A DNA stretch of 32,415 bases, from contig JAKMXF010000076.1 of assembly GCA_024704765.1 (NCBI GenBank), positions 1 to 32,415 of the forward strand, read 5' to 3'. Under the pieces are notes generated by a model, which was not told the origin of the DNA, ran no database searches, and saw only the letters and a list, made by a program, of their open reading frames with translations. This DNA is from Oopsacas minuta. Taxonomy: Eukaryota; Animalia; Porifera. This document shows, piece by piece, positions 23,001 through 31,356 of this stretch. Position 1 is the stretch's first letter. Each line of letters begins with the position of its first letter. The translations under genes and the position numbers were made by a program.

Positions 23001-26000
23001 GAGAGACACGTGCTTATCTTCGATTTAGGTGGAGGAACCTTCGATGTGTCGGTCCTAGCAATTGATGAAGGAATCTTTGAAGTCAAGAGTACCGCTGGTG
23101 ACACACATTTGGGAGGAGAAGACTTTGACAACAGGATGGTTAGTCATTTCGTGGCTGAATTCAAGCGTAAAAACAAGAAAGATCTCAGCAGCAACAAACG
23201 AGCTCTCCGTCGTCTCAGGACTGCATGTGAACGCGCCAAACGTACTCTATCTCACAGCGCACAGGCTAACATTGAAATCGATACACTATTCGATGGGACT
23301 GACTTTTACACTACTATTACTCGTGCACGATTTGAAGAACTGAACCAGGATCTTTTCCGTGGAACACTCGAACCAGTTGAGAAATCACTTCGTGACGCAA
23401 AACTCGGCAAAGGCGAAATCCATGAGATCGTGTTGGTCGGGGGTTCCACTCGCATTCCAAGGATCCAAAAGCTTCTCCAAGAGTTCTTCAATGGAAAGGA
23501 ACTGAATAGGAGTATCAATCCTGATGAGGCCGTGGCATACGGAGCAGCAGTACAAGCAGCTATACTAAAGGGAGATACTAGTGAAGTTGTGCAGGATGTG
23601 CTTCTTATCGACGTAGCTCCTCTCTCACTTGGTATAGAAACAGCTGGAGGCGTGATGACTAACCTTATCAAGCGTAACACCACAATCCCTACCAAACAGC
23701 AAAACACATTCACTACATACTCTGATAACCAGCCAGCTGTAACTATTCAGGTGTATGAGGGAGAACGTGCAATGACGAGGGACAATAACTTACTCGGCAA
23801 ATTCGATCTGACTGGAATTCCGCCAGCACCAAGAGGAGTACCACAAATAGAGGTTACATTTGACGTAGACTCCAATGGTATCATGAATGTCAGCGCTGTT
23901 GACAAGAGCACGAATAAGATGGAGAAGATCACCATTAAGAACGATAAGAGCCGACTTTCTGAGGCTGATATCAAACGCATGGTTGATGAAGCTGAGAAGT
24001 TCAAGCATGAGGATGATGAACAACGTGAACGAATTGGTGCAAAGAACGGTCTAGAGAGCTATGCATTCCAAGCAAAAAGTACTGTCGAGGACGATAAAGT
24101 CAAGGATAAAATCACTGAAGAGGATAAGCAAGCTGTGCTTAACATCGTGAAGGAGACTGTAACCTGGCTTGACTCTAACCAAACCGCTACAAAAGAGGAG
24201 TTCGAAGGTAAACAGAAGGAAGTTGAGAAAGTATGTCAGCCTGTTATGATGAAACTCTACCAAGCTGGTGGTGAAGGTGGTATGCCAGGAATGCCCGGAA
24301 TGCCCGGAGGAATGCCTGGAGGAATGCCTGGTGGTATGGGTGGAATGCCAGGTGGCATGGGAGGCATGGGAGGTATGCCCCCGCAAGGAGGTGGAGACAC
24401 TAATATCGATCAAGTAGATTAAGTAGGAAGTCCTAACCCATCAGTAATGATGTTTCTTACATTAGCATAGATTTGCCCTCTATTCTGTTAGGAAATAGCT
24501 CTTATTGTTATTGTATTCTTGATCTTTTAGTTATTAAATTCTATTAATAGTAACAACTCAATTTATATCGGCGGGGGTGAAATGATAAATTTTAGGATCA
24601 TTGATTAATAGAAGTTGGGAGAGTTCTTATATAGTTATTACATAAATACTAAATACAGGTCTTAACTTATCTGGATCGTGGCTGCAAAAACGCTAAATTT
24701 GAACCTTATTAGTAAGCTTGCGTTCACATGAACAGTGAATACTGCTTTTGCAAGAGTACAGTATATGCCGGATATAAGAACACTAGCTCGATTAACCGAA
24801 TCTTTTGTATTGAACTCCATTGATTTTTGCTGGTAATAAGAACACGCCTCGCCGGATATAATAACGTTATTTGCTATCCATAAAAGTGTTCTTATAACCG
24901 GCATCCATTGTATACAGATTTATGCCTGTATGACGTCATGTTCTTAGGCGATAAGAAATTAGTAATATAAATGCTTGCCTATTTATAGTTGCAGCCATTA
25001 ATATAATTATGACCTGTTGGACTCATTTATTACATATTTTTGCTGCCATAAAGGACTAATATACTGACGTGTATACATGGAATAAATGATAATTTTAAGT
25101 GAATATATTTTCTAAAATATTATCTTCATCTTTGAATTCAGTATCGAATTCTAATTTCTTAATCTCCATCCCATTTTCCTTGTGAATCAGAGTTCTCTCT
25201 TGGTGTTTATTCTCCTGCTGGCATACTCCCATTTCCAATAGTCTTATTTCATTTGTTATCGCAAGTTCTAATACTTTAATTCGTTCACAATTCAAATTCA
25301 TTTTAATGTTAGCCTCTTCTACAAGAAATTTGAGATACTTTTCTTCCACTAGGATACTCCCATCTCTTCCAATTGGTACTTCTAGTCCCTGAGTGCTTCT
25401 CACTGCTAGCATTATCTTCTTACCAATTGAGAGGCCAGAATTCCTATAACCACATCCAACAGCTACCTGCAAAAAATATATACTGTTACATTTGTATATA
25501 CGTATTATTTGTACGGGTTGTTCGTGTGGTATGTGTATAGGTTATAGCTATTTGAAAAGTGGAAGCAGTTTTTCAGGGCTTCCCGTAAGTTAATAGTAGT
25601 ACGCTAAACATCCATAAACGGGGTACCATTTTTCAGCGTGGAAGTTACACTGCACACTCACTGACCATTTCGCCAGTCTTGTATGAGTCTATATGAGTGT
25701 TTGTCAAAAGCCATTATTCATTTGAAACATAAATTCGATATTTATGAGACAGGATTTTTGAGAAATATATTTTCTATTATTCTGTCGTCTCTGTACTCTA
25801 TTTCACTCACCTTCATAAGTGCTTTTGAACACTCAATATTTGCACAACACACGTGAAGTATTAGAGGTTCGAACTTTAATGTAATAACATTACATACAAT
25901 CGTAACCTCCCTCTTCAATGCTACAATTACGTCATCAATATTACATTCCTTATGTGATGTGTATATCCACTTACAGTTGTGTTTAATGCCAGCTGACTTT

Positions 26001-28153
26001 TCTGAGTATAATATTATTCTACCGGAACATGAACTAGTTGTGTAGAAGAACAGAGATGTGTTAATCACATCTATTAGTGATAGTATTGGTATGTCAATAC
26101 TGCCTTTCTTGCTACGATCTATCTGTCTTAATGTTTGTTGTTTGTTGTTAAGGAAATCCTTTGGTATGTTGTACTCTGGCATTCTTTTTGCCATTCTAAA
26201 TATACTAAATTATTTAAGTTGCTTTTCGTTTAATGAGACAATAATTTCTCATTTTTTATTACCATTTAAAAGTAACCCCATGGGATATACTTCTTAATTT
26301 TAATATTTGACCCCTTGGGCTTGAGGGGGCAATTATTTATAAGCGCTTCTCCTCAATAATCCAACCTTTTTTACCCCTGTGGGTTCCCAATACCAATTTC
26401 ACCACATTCTGTGGACCCCCTCCCATTGACTGCAATACAAATTTTGAGATCCTATGGACTCCCTGGTGTCGCCCGTAGACCATGTGGACCACCAAGCGGT
26501 CCATATATCCCAGGTTATGAACCGCTGATCTAATCTATACTCCTAAATTACTAAATAAAGAATTCTGGTGTCATAGAATGATTGGGGTCTATTTATCATA
26601 TAATCTACTCAATAGGTAATAAACAGATTAGATGGCCTTACATATGCTCTGAAGAAGAGCTCCAGACCAGTAGCAGGTTCTGTTGATGAACAAGCTGCTA
26701 TGAGGGAGGTATATGCTCACGCTGTGTTAGGAGTACATCCACATATTGTTAGGTATTATTCTGCGTGGGCAGAGGAAGATCATATGTTGATTCAGAATGA
26801 GCATTGTGATGGAGGGAGTCTCTCTAATAAGATTGTGGAAAATCAACAACAAGGTTAGTTAGTCAATGTTTTGGAAATGCAAGAGAGTTGAATTTTTTCG
26901 AAATTTTAAATAGTCAATTCTCTGAATCTGTTCCTAACTCATGGCCAAATAGAAGAGCTCGCAACGGCCCTATCCCGGCCCAATTCATATCTTCTCCGAG
27001 CTGACGACCAGAAGCCAGGACTCGAACCCGTTTCGGACATGCGACCTTTATCGACCGTCCGTTGGTTTTCGTGTTACCGTGATTCCACTGTAGCCCGAAA
27101 TCTCTACCAGGAATTATGAAGAAATAATCTGTAATTATATTCCATATATATAGGCGGAATATTCTCAGAGAGTGAACTGAAAGACATCTTATTCCAAGTA
27201 TCAAAAGGGTTAGAGTATATACACTCAATGGGGCTAGTACATTTAGACATGAAGCCTGGTAATGTGTTTATATCCTACGGGCATTCAAGATATTCTGGGG
27301 TCTCACGAAGCTCTGAGGATTCGTCTCAATCAGGAGACAGCAACGAGAGGACAGATCTCTGCACGAATACTCTTGCAGAAGAGGCAGGGATATCTCGCAT
27401 GTCTCCATTTGGTAGTAAACTTAGGCCTACGTATAAGATAGGAGATATGGGACATGTAACTTCTGCTAAGAAACCGCATAAGGTTGAGGAAGGTGATGTC
27501 AGATATCTAGCTTTAGAAATATTGCAAGAGAAATATCAGTAAGTGAGATACTATGAGATAATTATAATTACAGATAACTCCTGCTATATCGAAGCTCAAG
27601 GGACAGCTACTTTGACGGTTTGGGACCATATTTGTACACTTTCACAACTCGATATAAGTACTTGTGAAAGTCTGTTATTGACTAACTTAATACATTCTAC
27701 CCAATTTATAGACACATAAAGAAAGCAGATATATTCTCTCTGGGTTTGACGATATTCGAGGCGGGAGGTGGTGGCCCTCTCCCCAAAAACGGACAAGAAT
27801 GGCATAGAACACGAAACAACAAGTTAGGCAAGCTAGAACGCTACTCAGCTGACCTAAATAACCTGATCCATGAAATGGTGAACTCTGACCCCACCAACCG
27901 TCCGAGCTCAAAGGAATTAGTCGAACATCCGATCCTCTGTCCTACAGAAGAATTATCCGTCGCACAGCTGAGAAGAGAACTCAATGAGGAAAAACTTAAG
28001 AACGAGGTACTACTTAAAAAGCTTGAAGAAGCAACACGTAAATGTAGTTCCCAACCTTCTACAAAATCAGTTGATTCGATTCGTGTACCTGGACGCACGA
28101 AATTTCATCGCAGTAAAAGTTTCACAGAATTTCCATCTTTCCCATTGAACTAA
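20099..28153 (+). CDS. WEE1: Wee1-like protein kinase, 6 exons, ~683 aa
   Basis: join(20099..20429,20784..21066,21222..21594,26616..26853,27154..27538,27712..28153), 2052 nt in frame (an alternative in-frame acceptor at 21231 is possible). Wee-family motifs: [31 protein letters not shown]|[75 protein letters not shown], and a C-terminal coiled coil. Exon 4 is absent from the ORF track. Confidence 0.94.
20514..20640. mobile_element. ~125-bp Tc1/mariner-like MITE in WEE1 intron 1
   Basis: TIRs (ta)cagtcaactc at 20516..20525 and gagttgattg at 20629..20638 (9/10 match). The reverse complement contains gctactttgactttttgggaccatatttgtaca, matching the 27569..27675 copy. Confidence 0.65.
22196..22324 (+). 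promoter_or_regulatory. Three heat-shock elements (inverted nGAAn arrays) upstream of HSP70
   Basis: gTTCtaGAAtaTTCc at 22196..22210 (perfect), aGAAtaTTCtaGAtt at 22274..22288 (one mismatch), gTTCtaGAAtaTTCt at 22310..22324 (perfect). Matches the established HSF-binding consensus. Confidence 0.88.
22361..22368 (+). promoter_or_regulatory. TATA box of HSP70
   Basis: TATATAAA 37 bp downstream of the last HSE and 65 bp upstream of the ATG. Confidence 0.75.
22434..24422 (+). CDS. HSP70: Cytosolic-type heat shock protein 70, 662 aa, intronless, nested in WEE1 intron 3
   Basis: HSP70 signatures [22 protein letters not shown] and [14 protein letters not shown]; cytosolic RARFEEL motif; GGMP repeats; no signal peptide; C-terminus is ...TNIDQVD. 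Confidence 0.98.
   Translation: MAAAIGIDLGTTYSCVGIFQHGKVEIIANDQGNRTTPSYVAFNDTERLIGDSAKNQVAMNPSNTVFDAKRLIGRRFDDPIVQSDMKFWPFSVVNEGGRPKIQVEYKGEVKKFFAEEISSMVLLKMKETAEAYLGKTISDAVVTVPAYFNDAQRQATKDAGVISGLNVMRIINEPTAAAIAYGLDKKTGGERHVLIFDLGGGTFDVSVLAIDEGIFEVKSTAGDTHLGGEDFDNRMVSHFVAEFKRKNKKDLSSNKRALRRLRTACERAKRTLSHSAQANIEIDTLFDGTDFYTTITRARFEELNQDLFRGTLEPVEKSLRDAKLGKGEIHEIVLVGGSTRIPRIQKLLQEFFNGKELNRSINPDEAVAYGAAVQAAILKGDTSEVVQDVLLIDVAPLSLGIETAGGVMTNLIKRNTTIPTKQQNTFTTYSDNQPAVTIQVYEGERAMTRDNNLLGKFDLTGIPPAPRGVPQIEVTFDVDSNGIMNVSAVDKSTNKMEKITIKNDKSRLSEADIKRMVDEAEKFKHEDDEQRERIGAKNGLESYAFQAKSTVEDDKVKDKITEEDKQAVLNIVKETVTWLDSNQTATKEEFEGKQKEVEKVCQPVMMKLYQAGGEGGMPGMPGMPGGMPGGMPGGMGGMPGGMGGMGGMPPQGGGDTNIDQVD
25095..26194 (-). 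CDS. TYW3: tRNA wybutosine-synthesizing protein 3, complement(join(25095..25466,25811..26194)), 251 aa, nested antisense in WEE1 intron 3
   Basis: TYW3 motifs [50 protein letters not shown]. Donor AAG|gtgagt (intron starts 25810) and acceptor ttttttgcag|GTA (exon starts 25466), phase 0. Confidence 0.92.
26377..26527 (+). mobile_element. hAT-like MITE between the TYW3 start and WEE1 exon 4
   Basis: Degenerate left end ctgtgggttcccaa; right end ggttatgaaccgctg, like the 11604 terminus; internal homology to 17083..17207. Confidence 0.65.
27055..27092 (-). mobile_element. Second copy of the pogo-like terminal fragment (WEE1 intron 4)
   Basis: 32/38 identity with 1767..1804. Confidence 0.6.
27569..27675 (+). 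mobile_element. MITE copy in WEE1 intron 5 (family of 20514..20640)
   Basis: tacagataactcctgctatatcgaagctcaagggac...gctactttgacggtttgggaccatatttgtaca aligns with the reverse complement of the 20514..20640 copy. Confidence 0.62.
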
Positions 28154-28910
28154 AACAATCGAACTATAGTTTTGTACCAAAATGATCAATCTTACAGAAT
28201 ATCACCTTCAAATCTTGAACAGAATAATATTTGATTATTTTTACTCACGTAATTATCAGAGAACTATAATTCGCAAAGTGGATAGATAACTAGCATTTGT
28301 TGATCAGAAAATCAATATTATATTGAAAATGATTTTAATAACAGCACTACAGACTGTGTTGATTTTGATTCTACTTTTCTTAAGGTTTTCCTCGAATTAT
28401 TTCGCAGAATATGCTAAGAGCTCAATAGTTAAGGTGGGTAGAGTACTGGAATGGCGGAAAGTTGGTCCATAGGAATTTGGTCGCCGGGAAATCCCACACC
28501 AATAAAGCGAGGAGTGACTCAAAATTATCTAGAACAACGACGAATTTTCCCCACTACCATATTTCCTTCAATCAAAGTATCGATCTTCGAAGTACCCTAT
28601 TATCTACCAGTGGGGAAGTCTTAGGTAAAATCTAGAAACTCTAATATGTGTTTACGTTAATAATAGAACTAGTTTAGCTCGTTTAAGCCATATGCTTTAG
28701 CCTAAAAGGTTTATGGGATAAATCCCCGGATAATCGATAATCGTATTTAGGCTTTGGAATTTGTGTTTTTGTGAGAAATAAAAATTCCGGAAAAAACGTG
28801 AAATTTGTATTTTTTTGCGAATTTTCTGTACGTATCCAGACAATAGCACTTTATTATTGAAATATGATTAATTAATAATTAGTATTCCACATTACATTAG
28901 TACATACAAT

Positions 28911-29169
28911 ATGTCAGGATATTCTGCCAAGATGTCAGAAATGCATTTAGAGAAAGCGAAGAGAGTTGCAGAGTCACTTTTCTCAACAGGTAGTAATTTT
29001 TGTAATTTCATACGTACCATATTTATGTATGTTTGTTTACTTTTAGATAAACCAAAGGAGAAAAAAAGAAAATCCCGTTGGGGAGATGAGAGTCAGAAAG
29101 TTATAATTCCAGGCCTACCCACCATTCTTCCAGCAAACATGAGCGAGGAGCAAAATCAGCTTTACCTCA
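28911..29169 (+). CDS. SF1: Splicing factor 1 (branchpoint-binding protein), first two exons only: join(28911..28989,29047..29169,...)
   Basis: KEKKRKSRWGDESQKVIIPGLPTILPANMSEEQNQLYL matches the SF1 N-terminus (U2AF-ligand motif KRKxSRW followed by IPGxPTxxP). The 57-bp intron 1 has no stop, so the track ORF reads through it. Phase-1 donor A|gttagt at 29170. No exon 3 found in the window. Confidence 0.85.
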
Positions 29170-29329
29170 GTTAGTATATCATATTTTCCTAGTTACATAG
29201 CCAATGAAAACTATTTAGGATAATACGTAAGATAATTGTATGCAATTTTCAAATAAAATGCAATTGAATAGAAAAAGTATATTGTAAACCAGTTACTAAT
29301 TAACAGACTATTTTACTATGAAAGATCGT

Positions 29330-30601
29330 TCAAAAGAATTGTAGACAATTAGTTTTCTTATGACACACAACTATAATGTGTCCTGTGTTGTCTAGTGCTA
29401 TTCCAAATGGGTAACTGAACTCCCCGATACCCTGACCTGTTTTCCCAAACTTGTGTATCTGTTCTCCCTCCTCATTGAATACGTACACACAGTGATTACT
29501 GTTGTCACTCATAATGATGTTATTGTCTCTGTCTATGTCGAAACAGTTTGGATTGTTTGTTTGTTTGCCAACACCTCTAGTTATTAGTCTGTTGGTTAGA
29601 ACGTGATCTGAATTGAACACAAACATACACGGATCACTCCCATTTAGCACCAGTACTCTGTCTCTTGTAACCCTAACGTCACGTGGATACGTAAACAAGT
29701 CTATTCCTAGCATGGAATGGAACTTGAGTTCTTGAGTTAAGATTTGAACTCTATGATTATTACAATCACATACGTACACATTGCTATTTCTATCAGAGAC
29801 ATCTAGGCCACGTGGACTGTTGAACTGAGCTTCTCCATTCCCTTCACTACCAACACTCTTGATTAGTTTCCCTTCTAGCTCGTACTTATTAATGCAATTA
29901 CCAAAATATTGTGTAACAAACACTTTATTTTGAAATATACAGATACCATCTGGTTTGTTCATCTTCTCACTGAACATGAAGAGATAGTCTCCGTTACTTG
30001 TAAATACTTGTACACGATGGTTAAACATATCAGCTATGTAAATATTTCCAGTTTGGTAATGTACTGCTATACCTCTGGGGCAGTTCAGTTCTCCTGGAGC
30101 TTTCTTGTTTGTAGATTTCTTACAGCAGTAAGCAATAGGCAACTGTTTAGCCTTGTAGTTAGGTACAACTGGCTTCACTTGGGGAGGAAATGTCCGGGAG
30201 GGAGATATGTTAGTCTGACTGTTAAGCTTAATACTCCCTAGCTGTTCTATATCAGCTTCGAATTGATTGTTCCATTCAAACTCAATACTACTGTCTGTAT
30301 CAGCTGTTAGTTCTGTTATCTTCTTGTCAATAGCTGATTGAATTATTTGATGAACGTCAGTGAGTTTATTTGCGGAGAATATCTCTGCAGTGTGTGTTAT
30401 TTCTTTATTCAAAGTCTCTAGCAATTTATTCACTTCCTGATTTTTGTTATTATAATCTTTCTCTATTTGATCAATACGAGAGAGGAGGATACTCTCTCTG
30501 AGTTGTAGAGCTTCATGTGACCTCTTGAAGCAGTCTCGAATCTTACTTCTACCCTTTTTTACTTGTTCGATAAAGTTTCTGTTCACTGATACGCTAGCCA
30601 T
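29330..30601 (-). CDS. Coiled-coil + NHL-repeat protein, paralogue C3, 423 aa, intronless
   Basis: Complete ORF MASVSVNRNF...KTNCLQFF, colinear with C2; 37 differences in the 254-aa NHL region (manual count). Confidence 0.94.
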   Translation of the reverse strand: MASVSVNRNFIEQVKKGRSKIRDCFKRSHEALQLRESILLSRIDQIEKDYNNKNQEVNKLLETLNKEITHTAEIFSANKLTDVHQIIQSAIDKKITELTADTDSSIEFEWNNQFEADIEQLGSIKLNSQTNISPSRTFPPQVKPVVPNYKAKQLPIAYCCKKSTNKKAPGELNCPRGIAVHYQTGNIYIADMFNHRVQVFTSNGDYLFMFSEKMNKPDGICIFQNKVFVTQYFGNCINKYELEGKLIKSVGSEGNGEAQFNSPRGLDVSDRNSNVYVCDCNNHRVQILTQELKFHSMLGIDLFTYPRDVRVTRDRVLVLNGSDPCMFVFNSDHVLTNRLITRGVGKQTNNPNCFDIDRDNNIIMSDNSNHCVYVFNEEGEQIHKFGKTGQGIGEFSYPFGIALDNTGHIIVVCHKKTNCLQFF

Positions 30602-30880
30602 TTTGTATATTTCACTTTTGCTTAGCTTTGAAAACTTTACTATCTATACCCCTATATAAGAGCTCAAATATCATATAACAGCCTACAGGAATTTATTGCA
30701 TTATTTTGTGGTGTATAAATAAGCTATCTTATCTTTTTGAATAAATTTTCTACGAGGAGCTTCGCTTCGTGCCTCGATGTTTTGTAAGGACGAATATTTA
30801 CACGCGACTTCAAGTAGCGAAATTCGAAAAACAGAGTGCTCGATTACCCCGGTATAACCGTTGAAACTAAGCTCTGCAAC

Positions 30881-30970
30881 TACAGCCGAAACCAGTTTAT
30901 TCTTACTTATTGGTGTTTTATTGCTAAATTTCCTGCAAACGAATAATAAGAAAAACCGGTTTCGACTGTA
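30881..30970. mobile_element. 90-bp MITE with TA-terminated inverted repeats between NHL C3 and C4
   Basis: Left tacagccgaaaccagtttattctta versus reverse complement of right end tacagtcgaaaccggtttttctta; TA at both ends as in Tc1/mariner-pogo elements. Confidence 0.75.
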
Positions 30971-31356
30971 TTCAGAAATTTGTTGACTTTATATTCATAA
31001 AAACAACAAATAATTCATATGTGTGAAAATTGGATTCAGCATAGTCTATATATTTGTCAATTTATATTGAATTCTGTTTACTTTCTTGGTAAACAAGATA
31101 AATATGTTCTATAACACATAATACTTAGAATTAAGCAATGAATAATTCTAAGAATTGGGATATAGAAATTTAATAACTAGAGCCCCTGTTGGTATATATT
31201 TGAAATTTTCTTGCTCTCCTGGCAAAGAACCAAATAATATCTTTCGGCGGGATATTAAATCATAAGATATATAGTAACCACATAATCCCTATAGGCTCTT
31301 ATATAGGGGTATAGATAGTAAAGTTTTCAAAGCCAAGCAAAAGTGAAATATACAAA

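Noticed and set aside
22473-24413. Several minus-strand ORFs over HSP70, and similar ORFs antisense or out of frame to CFAP44, IFT172, WEE1 and the NHL genes
   Set aside because: Shadow ORFs of real coding sequence with no independent motifs.
24662-24904. 80-aa minus-strand ORF downstream of TYW3
   Set aside because: No homology recognised, and it overlaps a repeat-derived segment (shared 14-mer with 19507..19520).
27015-27031. Minus-strand GGTTCGAGTCC, a tRNA T-loop/B-box match
   Set aside because: No A-box at suitable spacing and no acceptor or anticodon stems; not callable as a tRNA or SINE.
30872-30930. In-frame LQLQ after an AG, a candidate SF1 exon 3
   Set aside because: The following residues do not match SF1, a stop follows, and the sequence is the left TIR of the 30881..30970 MITE.
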